Shown: positions 38,745-48,499, numbered from the stretch's first letter. The stretch: DNA of 64,000 nt from Gemmatimonadales bacterium (GCA_041615815.1 JBFJCP010000010.1:32001-96000); one strand, 5' to 3'. Program-made: numbers and translations. The notes: generated by a model from the sequence alone, not told the origin.

Positions 38745-40067
38745 ATGAAACTATACACCAAGATCTCCATTGGTCTGATCGCGGGCGCCGTGGTCGGCAT
38801 CGGCGTCAACGTCATTGCCGCCCGTACCGGCTGGACCGCGGGTGTCACGTGGATGGGGGCTCTCGAGCCTCTTGGCACCGCGTTCATTCGGGCGATCACC
38901 ATGATCGTGATTCCTCTCGTGGTCGCGAGTCTCATCGTCGGGGTTGCCAGCCTGGGCGATCTTCGCGCGCTGGGTCGGATCGGCGGGAAGACGGTCGCCT
39001 ACTACCTGTCGACGACCGCCATCGCCGTGACCATCGGCCTCGTCCTGTCCAACGTCATTCAACCGGGCAGCGGGATCCCCGAGGAGTCCAAGAACGCGCT
39101 GATGGAGGAATACGGGGGGGCGGCCGAAGGTCGGATCCAGCTTGCACAGGACAAGCCCGATCTCGTGAACACGCTCTTGGACATGATCCCCCGGAATCCC
39201 ATCGAAGCGGCCGCGAACGGCGACATGCTCCCGCTGATCATCTTCACGCTGCTTTTCGGCGCGGCGGCGTCCATGCTCGGGGAAAGGCCCAAGAACGCCT
39301 TTGTCGGCTTCTTCGAAGCCGTGAACGAAATCTCGATGGTCATCATCAACTGGATCATGAAGCTGGCCCCGTATGCGGTGTTTGCGCTCATCGCCGCCGT
39401 CACGGCGCGCTTTGGGTTCGACATCCTCCGCAGCCTCCTGGTGTATTCTCTGGTGGTGGTGGCCGGGCTGCTGCTCCATGCGTTTGGCACCTACGCCATC
39501 ATTGTCCGGTTTCTGGCGGGACTCAACCCGCTCTATTTCTACAAGCGTGTGCGGGAAGCCCAACTCCTGGGATTCTCGACGTCCAGTTCCAACGCGACGC
39601 TTCCGATCACCATCGCCGTAGCCGAAAAAGAGCTGGGTGTCTCCACCCGAGTCGCCGGATTCGTGCTGCCGCTGGGTGCCACCATCAATATGGACGGCAC
39701 GGCGCTCTATCAGGGTGTCGCGGTCATGTTCATCGCCCAGGTGTTCGGGATCGATCTCAATTGGACCACCCAACTCGCCGTCGTGCTCACCGCCACGCTG
39801 GCCTCGATCGGCGCTGCCGGCGTCCCCAGTGCCGGGATCATCACCCTCGCGCTCGTACTCCAGCAGGCCAACGTGCCGGAGACGGGCATCGCCCTGATCC
39901 TCGGGGTGGATCGGATCCTGGATATGCTGCGGACCGCCGTCAATATCACCGGTGACCTGACGGGCGCGACGCTCGTAGCCCGCACCGAGGGGGAATTGAG
40001 CGAAACCGAGTCCACGTCCTTGGATTTGGGGGCGCCGCCGCGGGAGAAGGCCGAATTGGTGGGATGA
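38745..40067 (+). CDS. Dicarboxylate/amino acid:cation symporter (GltP/GltT family)
   Basis: IPRNPI, FSTSSSNATLP, LPLGATINMDGT, SIGAAGVP, DRILDMLRTAVNITGD. Confidence 0.93.
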   Translation: MKLYTKISIGLIAGAVVGIGVNVIAARTGWTAGVTWMGALEPLGTAFIRAITMIVIPLVVASLIVGVASLGDLRALGRIGGKTVAYYLSTTAIAVTIGLVLSNVIQPGSGIPEESKNALMEEYGGAAEGRIQLAQDKPDLVNTLLDMIPRNPIEAAANGDMLPLIIFTLLFGAAASMLGERPKNAFVGFFEAVNEISMVIINWIMKLAPYAVFALIAAVTARFGFDILRSLLVYSLVVVAGLLLHAFGTYAIIVRFLAGLNPLYFYKRVREAQLLGFSTSSSNATLPITIAVAEKELGVSTRVAGFVLPLGATINMDGTALYQGVAVMFIAQVFGIDLNWTTQLAVVLTATLASIGAAGVPSAGIITLALVLQQANVPETGIALILGVDRILDMLRTAVNITGDLTGATLVARTEGELSETESTSLDLGAPPREKAELVG

Positions 40068-40072
40068 GCAAG

Positions 40073-40157
40073 GCTGGGAGGCTGGAGGTTCGGAAGCTCC
40101 CCTCCCAACGGCCTAACCTCCCGACCTTCAGGCTTTCCAACATCCCGTCCTTCGGTC
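40073..40157. repeat. Degenerate octamer arrays in inverted arrangement (same family as 22006)
   Basis: GCTGGGAG GCTGGAGG TTCGGAAG, then CTCCCAAC GGCCTAAC CTCCCGAC CTTCAGGC TTTCCAAC ATCCCGTC CTTCGGTC. Confidence 0.68.
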
Positions 40158-40209
40158 TGTCCTAACCCCTGCCAAATCATCCGCTTACCACCTATATTGC
40201 TTGGCTATC

Positions 40210-41571
40210 ATGTTTGAGACCCTGTCGGGGAGGCTCACCGCCACCCTGAAGCAGCTCGCCGGTCGGGGTGTCCTCACTGAGGAGGCCGTGCGGGAGGGGC
40301 TTCGGGAGATCCGGCGGGTGCTGCTGGAAGCGGACGTGAGCTTCGAGCTGACCCGTGGGTTTACCGAGCGGGTGCGGGAAAAGGCCGTCGGGTTGCCGAC
40401 GCTCAAGGCGGTGAATCCCGGCCAGCAGCTCGTCAAGATTGTGCACGACGAGCTGGTGGCGTTGCTGGGTGAGAAGCGGGAGCCGCTGGCGTTCGCATCA
40501 GTGCCGCCAACGGTCATGCTGTTGGTTGGGCTCCAGGGGTCGGGGAAGACGACGACGGCGGCCAAACTGGCCGTTCGTCTCAAGCGAGAGCAAAAGGCGC
40601 CCTTCCTGGTGGCGGCGGATGTGTATCGACCGGCAGCGGAGGAGCAGCTGCGGCAACTGGCTGATCGGGTCGAGGTCGGGGTGTACGGACCGACGGAGCA
40701 CCGGACGGACGGACAGACGGACGCGAGTGCTGCCGGTAGGCGCGGCGCCCGATCCACCGACGTCGTGGAGATGGTGGCGATGGCCATCGAGGAAGCCGGG
40801 CATCAGCGGGCCCGAACGGTCATCGTCGACACCGCTGGCCGGCTCCAAATCGACGACGAGATGATGGCAGAGCTGGCGCAACTCAAGGAAGCCGTCACGC
40901 CGCACGAGATTCTGCTCGTGGCGGACAGCATGACCGGCCAGGATGCGGTCCGGATCGCCCGGGGCTTCCACGAGAGACTCGGGATCACGGGGGTCGTGCT
41001 CACGAAGCTGGACGGTGACGCGCGGGGTGGGGCGGCGCTGTCGATCTACGGGGTGACTGGCGCACCCATCAAGTTCGTGGGTGTGGGGGAGGGGCTCGAT
41101 GCGTTGGAGCCTTTCGATCCGGTCCGAATGGCCGGTCGCATCCTGGAACAGGGCGACGTGGTGGGGCTGGTGGAACGGGCGCAGGAGACGATCAAGGCGG
41201 AGGATGCCGAGCGTCTCGCTCGCAAGGCCACGTCAAAGCGGGGCATGGATCTCGAAGATTTTCTCCAGGCCATGCGCCAGATCGAGCGGATGGGGCCGTT
41301 GGAAGGCCTGTTGGGAATGATCCCGGGCGTGAACGCAAAGGCGCTCAAGAAGGCGAAGGTCGATCCCAAGCGCATGAAGCATGTAGAGGCCATCGTTCTA
41401 TCGATGACGCCAAAGGAACGTCGACGGCCCGAGCTTTTGAACGGCTCGCGTCGCGCACGCATTGCCAAGGGCGCGGGACGGCCAGTGCAGGAAGTGAATC
41501 AGTTGATGAAGCAGTTCGATCAGATGCGGAAGATGATGAAGCGTATGGGCAAGGGTGGAATGCCCTTCTAA
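40210..41571 (+). CDS. ffh: Signal recognition particle protein
   Basis: LLEADV, GLQGSGKTTT, DVYRPAA, DTAGR, TKLDGDARGG, SMTPKER, SRRARIAKG. Confidence 0.97.
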   Translation: MFETLSGRLTATLKQLAGRGVLTEEAVREGLREIRRVLLEADVSFELTRGFTERVREKAVGLPTLKAVNPGQQLVKIVHDELVALLGEKREPLAFASVPPTVMLLVGLQGSGKTTTAAKLAVRLKREQKAPFLVAADVYRPAAEEQLRQLADRVEVGVYGPTEHRTDGQTDASAAGRRGARSTDVVEMVAMAIEEAGHQRARTVIVDTAGRLQIDDEMMAELAQLKEAVTPHEILLVADSMTGQDAVRIARGFHERLGITGVVLTKLDGDARGGAALSIYGVTGAPIKFVGVGEGLDALEPFDPVRMAGRILEQGDVVGLVERAQETIKAEDAERLARKATSKRGMDLEDFLQAMRQIERMGPLEGLLGMIPGVNAKALKKAKVDPKRMKHVEAIVLSMTPKERRRPELLNGSRRARIAKGAGRPVQEVNQLMKQFDQMRKMMKRMGKGGMPF

Positions 41572-41669
41572 TTGGTTTCTGTCCCGCTCCTCCCGCCGAT
41601 CCAACACTCTGGGTGGGGCGGGATAGGCTCGGCAGGCGGGATGGGTCGCAGAGTCAGGAGACACAATTC

Positions 41670-41930
41670 ATGGCAACCAGAATTCGATTACGTCGTGTGG
41701 GCCGGAAGGCTCAACCCGTGTACCGCATCGTCGTGGCTGAAAAAAGCACGGCGAGAGACGGTCGTACCATCGACACGCTTGGACACTACAACCCTCGGAC
41801 GGAACCACCCGTCCTTCAGGTTGATGTCGACAACGCGCGGCGGTGGTTGGACAAGGGGGCGACGCCGACGGACACCGCCCGCTCACTGCTGAAGAAAGCC
41901 GGCGTGTTCGCGACGAGCAGCACGGCGTGA
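41670..41930 (+). CDS. rpsP: 30S ribosomal protein S16
   Basis: IRLRRVG...YRIVVA..RDGR.I..LGHYNP...GATPTDT; AGGAG RBS. Confidence 0.96.
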   Translation: MATRIRLRRVGRKAQPVYRIVVAEKSTARDGRTIDTLGHYNPRTEPPVLQVDVDNARRWLDKGATPTDTARSLLKKAGVFATSSTA

Positions 41931-42460
41931 CCAACGCGGTGGAAGGCGCCTTCCTTGCCGTGGCGCGCTTCCGAAAGCCGCATGGACTGAAGGGTGAGGC
42001 GGTAGTGTGGGTGCTGACCGATCAGCCGGAGGAGGTGTTGGTGGCTGGGCGGGTCTTGACCCCGGTGGACGATGCGGGGCGCCCCACGGGCCCTCCGCTC
42101 ACCGTCGAGCGCAGCCGTCCCTATCATCGGCAGTGGCTGGTCAAGTTTGCAGAGATTGACCACCGGGCCGAGCTCGAACAGTGGGAGCAGCGCCTCTTCG
42201 GTGTGCCGCGGGATGATCTGGAAGCGCCAGGCGAAAATGAAGCGTATCTGCACGAGTTGCCGGGAATGGAAGTCTGGGCTGATGGAAGGGTCGTTGGCGT
42301 CGTACGAGAAGTGATCGAGATTCCGGCAGGACAACTGCTTTCGGTGGACGTGGATGGGCGAGAGGTGCTGGTACCGCTCAGGAAGCCCATTGTGGTCCAG
42401 CTCGAGCGGGGGGCCCGGCGCATCACGATCGAGCCACCGGCAGGGTTGTTGGAGTTGTAA
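41927..42460 (+). CDS. rimM: Ribosome maturation factor RimM
   Basis: KPHGLKGE, LVKF, YLHELPG, EVLVP, PAGLLEL; conserved synteny. Confidence 0.93.
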   Translation: MTNAVEGAFLAVARFRKPHGLKGEAVVWVLTDQPEEVLVAGRVLTPVDDAGRPTGPPLTVERSRPYHRQWLVKFAEIDHRAELEQWEQRLFGVPRDDLEAPGENEAYLHELPGMEVWADGRVVGVVREVIEIPAGQLLSVDVDGREVLVPLRKPIVVQLERGARRITIEPPAGLLEL

Positions 42461-42562
42461 GGGGGCTTCGACCGGGAGCGTCTGCGTCTTTTGCCTCCGC
42501 TGATTCTGCTACCGCTCGTTCGGCGGCCGCGGATGGTAGGAGAGGCAGAGGAGGCAGAGCCA

Positions 42563-43273
42563 ATGCTTCACATGAACGTGGTGACGCTGTTCCCCGAGAT
42601 CTTTCGGGTGCCGCTGACCACGAGCATCCTCGGCCGGGCGGCAGACGCCGGCTTGTTTACGAGCAGGATCGTCGCGCTGCGGGACTACACGCACGACCGG
42701 CACCAGGTCGTGGACGATTATCCCTACGGTGGTGGGGCGGGGATGGTGCTCAAGCCGGAGCCGTTTTTCGAGGCATTGGACGATCTCGGCGCGCAGCCGC
42801 CTATTGTCCTGCTGTCGGCACGGGGTCGGCCCTTCACCCATGCGGACGCGGTGCGGTACAGCGTGGCGGGTACCGTGACGCTGCTCTGCGGTCATTACAA
42901 GGATGTGGACGCACGGGTGGCGAGCAGGCCGGGCACCGAGGAAGTGTCGTTGGGGGATTTCGTGCTGAGCGGGGGTGAGTTCGGCGCGTTGTGTGTGATC
43001 GATGCGGTGGTGCGGCTCCTCCCTGGCGCGCTCGGTGATCACGACTCGGCGGCCACGGACTCGTTTTATGATGGACTGTTGAGCCCGCCAACGTATACGC
43101 GGCCGGCGGAGTATCGCGGGATGCGGGTTCCGGACGTATTGTTGCAGGGGGATCACGCCAAGATCCGGGCCTGGCGTCGGGCCCAGGCGGAGGCGCTGAC
43201 GCAAGAGCGGCGTCCCGATTTGTGGGAGCGGTATCGGGCAGAACGAGGGTCCCCTGAGGACCCGGCGAATTGA
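42563..43273 (+). CDS. trmD: tRNA (m1G37) methyltransferase
   Basis: VTLFPE, VDDYPYGGGAGMVLKPEP, CGHYKDVDAR, SLGDFVLSGGE, YTRP. Confidence 0.96.
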   Translation: MLHMNVVTLFPEIFRVPLTTSILGRAADAGLFTSRIVALRDYTHDRHQVVDDYPYGGGAGMVLKPEPFFEALDDLGAQPPIVLLSARGRPFTHADAVRYSVAGTVTLLCGHYKDVDARVASRPGTEEVSLGDFVLSGGEFGALCVIDAVVRLLPGALGDHDSAATDSFYDGLLSPPTYTRPAEYRGMRVPDVLLQGDHAKIRAWRRAQAEALTQERRPDLWERYRAERGSPEDPAN

Positions 43274-43282
43274 GGAATCACC

Positions 43283-43630
43283 ATGAATCGCTTAGAGGAA
43301 GTCCAGCGCCAAGGATTGCGCACCGACGTCCCGGATTTCGGCCCGGGAGACACTCTGCGTGTGGCGGTACGCGTACGCGAGGGCGACAAGGAACGGATTC
43401 AGGTTTTCGAAGGTGTCTGTATCGGCCGCCGCGGGGGCGGCATCAGCGAGACCTTCACTGTGCGGAAGATCTCCGGCGGTGTGGGCGTGGAGCGGATTTT
43501 CCCGCTTCACTCACCCAGTCTGGCCGAGATCGACGTGGTGCGGCGGGGCCGCGTCCGTCGGGCAAAGTTGTATTATTTGCGACAACTCGTCGGGAAGGCC
43601 ACGCGGATTCGAGAGAAGCAAGAGTATTAA
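43283..43630 (+). CDS. rplS: 50S ribosomal protein L19
   Basis: [40 protein letters not shown]. Confidence 0.98.
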   Translation: MNRLEEVQRQGLRTDVPDFGPGDTLRVAVRVREGDKERIQVFEGVCIGRRGGGISETFTVRKISGGVGVERIFPLHSPSLAEIDVVRRGRVRRAKLYYLRQLVGKATRIREKQEY

Positions 43631-44254
43631 GTGCAGCGCCCCACCCTCAGCCGCGAGCGGGCGCTCTGGGCGAAGGGGTATCATGGCGTCGCCGGTCTGG
43701 ATGAAGTTGGTCGGGGGCCGTTAGCGGGCCCCGTGGTGGCGGCGGCCGTTGTGTTTCCGCCGGGTGTGCGACGCCTCGGTATCAAAGAACTCCGAGATTC
43801 GAAGCTGTTGACGGCGGCCCAGCGTGCGCGGGCCGCCGTTCTCATTCGGCAGCGCGCAGCGCTGTGGAGTGTGGCTGCTGCCTCGGTGCGAGAGATCGAT
43901 CGGTACAACATTCGCCGCGCGAGCGCGCTGGCCATGCGCCGTGCGCTGCTGCGCCTCGACCCGATGCCAGATTACGTGCTCATCGACGGACCCGAGCTGC
44001 CCGAACTCGGCACGTCACACGAGGGACTGTTGCAGGGCGACCGGCGGTGTGCGTCGATTGCGGCTGCGTCCATTCTCGCCAAATGCGTTCGCGATCACTT
44101 GATGGAACGGTTGGCGGGTCATTATCCGCAGTTTCGCTGGGAAAGTAACAAAGGGTATGCGACTCGAGAACATCTCGACGTGCTCGATCACGACGGACCC
44201 ACCCCTCACCACCGCACCTCGTTTACGCCGGTCGTCCAACTCAGCTTGCTATGA
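43631..44254 (+). CDS. rnhB: Ribonuclease HII
   Basis: GLDEVGRGPLAGPVVAAAV, RDSK, IAAASILAK, NKGY, HHRTSF. Confidence 0.96.
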   Translation: MQRPTLSRERALWAKGYHGVAGLDEVGRGPLAGPVVAAAVVFPPGVRRLGIKELRDSKLLTAAQRARAAVLIRQRAALWSVAAASVREIDRYNIRRASALAMRRALLRLDPMPDYVLIDGPELPELGTSHEGLLQGDRRCASIAAASILAKCVRDHLMERLAGHYPQFRWESNKGYATREHLDVLDHDGPTPHHRTSFTPVVQLSLL

Positions 44255-45268
44255 CGGCTTTGCCAGATCCGATGCCCTTGTCCGCATCCGCTCTGCCCGC
44301 CCCGCCGAACCCAACCGCTCGAACGCCGCCGCCGCCGCCTCATACGCAGCCTGCGCCTCCCGCGCCCGCCCGCGAGCGCCCAAGACAAGTGCGAGATCCC
44401 GTTGAAGCTCGGCCTCGGCCCACGGGTGTTCCAACCGGCGGGCAATGGCCAGACCATCTTCACCGGCATTCATCGCTCGATCGAGGTTGCCAGAGAGGCG
44501 CTCGACACCAGTCAGGATTCTGAGCGCGTCCGCCTCCGCCAAAGGGTCCGCGTATTCCCGCGACAGGTCGAGAGCCCGACCCACTTGCGCGCGCGCGAGA
44601 TCGACGTCCCCCAAGGTCAGCGACGTCTCGGCGCGGGCCGCCAACGCCTGTGCCAACAGCCGCCCGTTACCGGCCCGTTCCGCTGCAGCGATGGCACGAT
44701 CCGCCGCGTCGCGGGATTGGTCCACGTTGGCATCGTCCCGCCAGACGATCGCGGAATTCAGCCACGCTTCGGCCATGCCCTGCCACGATCCCGCATTTTC
44801 GAAGCTGGCGGTCGCGAGACGGTAGAACCCAAGCGCCCGCGCGTGGTCGCCCAGATAGTAGGCTACGTTCCCGAGGTTGTTGGCGCACCGCGCGGTGGTA
44901 AACTCGTCGCCTAAGTGATGGGCCAAGCCGAGCGCTCGCTGAAAGCCCTGCTCAGCGTCGGCGAGCTGTCCCAGTGCAAAAGCACCCGCCGCCGCGGTGT
45001 TCTCTGCACGCGTCTCGCCGTCCACGTCTCCCCGCCCGCGAAATCCATCCCGCGCCTGAAGCGCGGTCGCGCGACAGCGAGCGAACTCTCCCAATCGGAA
45101 GTGGGTCACGGCGGCAAGCAGGAGCCAATCCGGCGTCTGGCGGACGGTCTCCGCCAACCTGTTCAGCGCGTTCCACGCTTGCTGGAATTGGCCCGCCTGC
45201 ATGGCTGCCCGCGCGCTACGCAGAGGATCGTTGGGGACCGAGCTTCCTGTTGGGATCGAGGAGTTCAT
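44249..45268 (-). CDS. Cytoplasmic TPR-repeat protein (MalT/RRNPP-like helical repeats)
   Basis: Ala-rich ~40-aa helical repeats (ARCANNLGNVAYYLGD, AEAWLNSA, AEADALRIL); ATGA overlap with the bEBP gene. Confidence 0.8.
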   Translation of the reverse strand: MNSSIPTGSSVPNDPLRSARAAMQAGQFQQAWNALNRLAETVRQTPDWLLLAAVTHFRLGEFARCRATALQARDGFRGRGDVDGETRAENTAAAGAFALGQLADAEQGFQRALGLAHHLGDEFTTARCANNLGNVAYYLGDHARALGFYRLATASFENAGSWQGMAEAWLNSAIVWRDDANVDQSRDAADRAIAAAERAGNGRLLAQALAARAETSLTLGDVDLARAQVGRALDLSREYADPLAEADALRILTGVERLSGNLDRAMNAGEDGLAIARRLEHPWAEAELQRDLALVLGARGRAREAQAAYEAAAAAFERLGSAGRAERMRTRASDLAKPS

Positions 45269-46596
45269 GATTCGTCCTCCGCGAGTCCCAGGAGCCGCGC
45301 CAGTCGGGCCCGAGAAATATTCAGCTGCCGGGCCGCCGCACTCTTGTTTCCATCGTTCAGCTCGAGCGCCACACGGGCTGCCGCAGCCATCACTTCATCC
45401 AACGTAGCGGGGAACGGGATGGCGCCATCCACCGCTACCGGGGCAGTGCGGCGTCCCTGCGCGAAGTGCTTTGGATCGAGGTTGCCGGGTGGAGACAGGA
45501 GGAGCGCGCGCTCGATCGCATGCCGCAGCTCGCGAACGTTTCCCGGCCACGAATGGCTACGGAGTGCGTCGCGGACCTCCGCGGTCAGCTTCGGTACCGG
45601 TAGCCCATACCGCTCGGCGAGTTGGCCGGCGAACGCTTGGGCGAGAACCTCGACGTCGTCGCCGCGGTCCCTCAGTGGCGGCAACGTCAATGTGATGACG
45701 TTCAAGCGATAGAAGAGGTCTTCGCGGAACTCACCGCGCTGAACCGCGTCCACGAGTCTGACATGGGACGCTGCGATGATCCGAACGTCGACCGCGCGGC
45801 TCTGCGTGGCCCCCACCCGTCGGATGCGCCGCTCTTCGAGCGCCCGCAGCAGCTTGCCTTGAAGCGGCAGTGGGAGGTGTCCCACTTCGTCGAGGAAGAG
45901 CGTTCCGCCGTGTGCCTCTTCGAAAAGGCCTGGCTTGGCCGCGTGCGCGTCGGTGAAGGCTCCCCGCTCGTGTCCGAACAGCTCGCTTTCCATGAGCTCG
46001 CTGGGGATCGCCGCACAGTTGACGGCCACGAAGGGCCCCGCGGCCTTCGGGCTCGAAACGTGGAGCGCGCGAGCCAAGAGCTCTTTCCCGGTCCCGGTTT
46101 CGCCCTGGAGCAGGACCGTCACGCCGGCGTGCTTGGCGATCCGAGCGGCCTGATCCAGCGTCTCGCGGAGTGCTTCGCTCCGACCCAAGAGCTCGCCGAA
46201 GGCCTCCTCGACCTCGGGTGACGTGGCGACGGAGGCTGCCCGCCCGCGTCTCGCCTCAGTCCGCGCCGAAAGCGTTCGTCGCAGCAGATTGAGGTCGTCG
46301 GGTAGGGCGAAGTAATCGGCCGCGCCCCGACGGATGGCTTCGACGGCAAAGCGATGGGAGGTTTGGGCCCCCACGAGATAGACCGGAACCCCGTCTTTGC
46401 GATGCAGCGAGGGCATCAGATCGAGCGCGCGATCTTCCTCCCCGCCCGCGGCCAGCAGGACCGCCACCGATTCGAGCGCTGGTGTATCGTCCGCCGCCAC
46501 GATCGCGAGCTCGACTTCGAGCTCTTGCGCGAGGTCGTACCACGCGGTCCGGAAGGAATCGGAGAGTTGGATCACGGTCAGAGCGGGGTTGGACAC
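45265..46596 (-). CDS. Sigma54 enhancer-binding protein (Fis HTH) with a degenerate receiver domain
   Basis: GETGTGKE, ESELFGHERGAFTDA, LFLDEV, FREDLFYRL, WPGNVREL, GNKSAAARQL. Start at GTG 46596. Confidence 0.92.
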   Translation of the reverse strand: MSNPALTVIQLSDSFRTAWYDLAQELEVELAIVAADDTPALESVAVLLAAGGEEDRALDLMPSLHRKDGVPVYLVGAQTSHRFAVEAIRRGAADYFALPDDLNLLRRTLSARTEARRGRAASVATSPEVEEAFGELLGRSEALRETLDQAARIAKHAGVTVLLQGETGTGKELLARALHVSSPKAAGPFVAVNCAAIPSELMESELFGHERGAFTDAHAAKPGLFEEAHGGTLFLDEVGHLPLPLQGKLLRALEERRIRRVGATQSRAVDVRIIAASHVRLVDAVQRGEFREDLFYRLNVITLTLPPLRDRGDDVEVLAQAFAGQLAERYGLPVPKLTAEVRDALRSHSWPGNVRELRHAIERALLLSPPGNLDPKHFAQGRRTAPVAVDGAIPFPATLDEVMAAAARVALELNDGNKSAAARQLNISRARLARLLGLAEDES

Positions 46597-46600
46597 CGGA

Positions 46601-47356
46601 TCAGCCGTCGCTGCTGTCGCCGTCCTCGTCGCGGTCCTCGAACGCCTCGAAGGAGGCGATGATGTTGTCCCGCACGAGGTTTTCGTTGGCGCCGCCTTTG
46701 TTGGCGGTGGCAGGATCCACGAGCGTGCCGTCCGCCTGGCGAAACCAGGCATCGAGATTCACGAAGACGGTCACGTTGGTGACGGTGGTCTCCGTGATCG
46801 TGAGCGCCGGGATCAGGGCGAGCACTTGATCCGCATTCAAGTCGGACTCGAACACGAACGGCGTTCCGTTGTACGTGCCCTCCACCCGGATGCTGACGTC
46901 CACAAACGTCGGGTTCTGCTGAATGAACTCGAGATCCTGCGGGTCGTCATCGTCCGGCTTGTGCACCTTGAACTCGACCTCATCGTATATGCCTGGCGGC
47001 AGCTCGGCGGAGAATTCCCGCTGCACGCCCGGTTGCAGAGGGAGGTCGATCAGGACCGGACCGAACTCGATCTCCTCACAGCCCGTGGTTTGCGTTTGAC
47101 ACGCGTTTTCGTCGCGCTCGAACTCGATCTCTCGGAGGACGAGACGGGCCCGTGTGAGGATCAGGGTATCGGATCCACTCGTGATTGTATCATCCAGGGC
47201 TCTGGCCCGAGAGGCCGCCACAGCGGGCGAAAGGAGTGTGGGCCGCTGGGTGGACACGGACACGGCCACATTGCCGGCCATCTGAGTCCCAGTGCTGTCT
47301 CCGCACGCGAATCCGACACCGACGGCGGTCAGAATCAGCCAGGGAGCAAGTCGCAT
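46601..47356 (-). CDS. Acidic beta-rich lipoprotein (paralogue B)
   Basis: Lipobox GFAC; LVLREIEF, C..CEEIEFGPVLIDLPL, SIRVEGTYNG, WFR, LVDPATANKGGANE, AFEDRDEDG. Confidence 0.8.
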   Translation of the reverse strand: MRLAPWLILTAVGVGFACGDSTGTQMAGNVAVSVSTQRPTLLSPAVAASRARALDDTITSGSDTLILTRARLVLREIEFERDENACQTQTTGCEEIEFGPVLIDLPLQPGVQREFSAELPPGIYDEVEFKVHKPDDDDPQDLEFIQQNPTFVDVSIRVEGTYNGTPFVFESDLNADQVLALIPALTITETTVTNVTVFVNLDAWFRQADGTLVDPATANKGGANENLVRDNIIASFEAFEDRDEDGDSSDG

Positions 47357-47438
47357 CCTTACCGTCCTTCCATGACGTGTGCGGCCGCGAGGGGCGGCCG
47401 GGGACCGGGCGCAGGGCGCCGGCCCGGTCCCGATAAAT

Positions 47439-48203
47439 CTAGCCTTCGTCCCCGTCGTCCCCGTCCCGGTCGCGATCCTCGAACGCCTCGATGTTCTGCT
47501 TGATGTTCTCAGTGATGAGGCTCTCGTTCTCGCCGCCTTTGTTCCCGGTGGCGGGATCGACCAGGGCCCCCGAGAGGTCCCGGAACCATTGGGACAGATC
47601 GAGCCGAACGGTGACATTCGTCGTCACCGCGGCGTCGCCGATCACGAGCGGCGGAATCAGGTCGAATTCCTGCTCGACGTTGAGATCCGTCCTGAAGACG
47701 AACGGCTCCCCGTTGAAAGTCCCCTGGACCCGAATGCTGGCGTCGACCATATCAGGGTGGGCGGCCCGAAACGCCGCATCCTCAGGGTCATCGCTGCTCA
47801 CTTTATGTAGATCGAACTCCAGTTCGTCGTAGGAACCGGGGTCGATGGGGATGGTGACCATCACCGCGGTGCCGCCGTCCAGCGGCAGGTCCACGAGCAC
47901 CGGTCCAGTCTCGAACTCTTCGCAGGCGTCGTCGTCCAGGACGTCGTCACAGTCGCTGACCTCGACACGCTTCAGTTCGATTTCTCGAAGCACGACTTCG
48001 GCGGCGGTGATGACGAGATCGTTCTGGCCGTCGCTGATCGTGAAGTCGGCGGCCCGAAAGGCTGGCCCCGACGCGACCGCTCCGCCGGATTGGGTCGTGA
48101 ACGACAAAGATACCTGGGCTCCGTCGGGACCCGCGCCGTCACTACAGGCGGCGATGGCGATCGCGCCGAGGGCATAGGCGAGTATTCGGGGTGTGCGCTT
48201 CAT
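47439..48203 (-). CDS. Acidic beta-rich lipoprotein (paralogue A)
   Basis: GGAGG RBS; lipobox IAAC; VVLREIEL, C..CEEFETGPVLVDLPL, SIRVQGTFNG, WFR, LVDPATGNKGGENE, AFEDRDRDG. Confidence 0.8.
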   Translation of the reverse strand: MKRTPRILAYALGAIAIAACSDGAGPDGAQVSLSFTTQSGGAVASGPAFRAADFTISDGQNDLVITAAEVVLREIELKRVEVSDCDDVLDDDACEEFETGPVLVDLPLDGGTAVMVTIPIDPGSYDELEFDLHKVSSDDPEDAAFRAAHPDMVDASIRVQGTFNGEPFVFRTDLNVEQEFDLIPPLVIGDAAVTTNVTVRLDLSQWFRDLSGALVDPATGNKGGENESLITENIKQNIEAFEDRDRDGDDGDEG

Positions 48204-48269
48204 GAGTGTTGTCCCTCCCAAGACGTTCTTGCGTGTGTTGTTCCACTCGTGTCTTCGCCCCCTGAAAAG

Positions 48270-48284
48270 GCAAGCGGAATGCCA
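48270..48284 (-). promoter_or_regulatory. Sigma54 (-24/-12) promoter
   Basis: Minus strand TGGCAT-tccgc-TTGC matches TGGCAC-N5-TTGC; 66 nt upstream of an operon that encodes a bEBP. Confidence 0.85.
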
Positions 48285-48412
48285 GACGCGAGCCCGGGAA
48301 GGACTTGCGGTTAAGTGATTACGGTTCTTGGGCTTCTGAGTGCATCCGTGAAACGGTGTGAGCGGGTGCCTGCATTGAAACGTGGCGGGGTGTGCTGTTT
48401 CGGATCGCCTTG

Positions 48413-48444
48413 CTTGGGGGCCGGCGAGCGCGCCGGCCCCCCGA
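48413..48444. terminator. GC-rich hairpin downstream of the SWIB gene
   Basis: CTTGGGGGCCGGCG-agcg-CGCCGGCCCCCGAG; no clear U tract. Confidence 0.5.
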
Positions 48445-48499
48445 GATGCAGGGCTGGACTGCGAGTTTACAGCAAGGTCTAGCTACGGTTCGAGCAACG

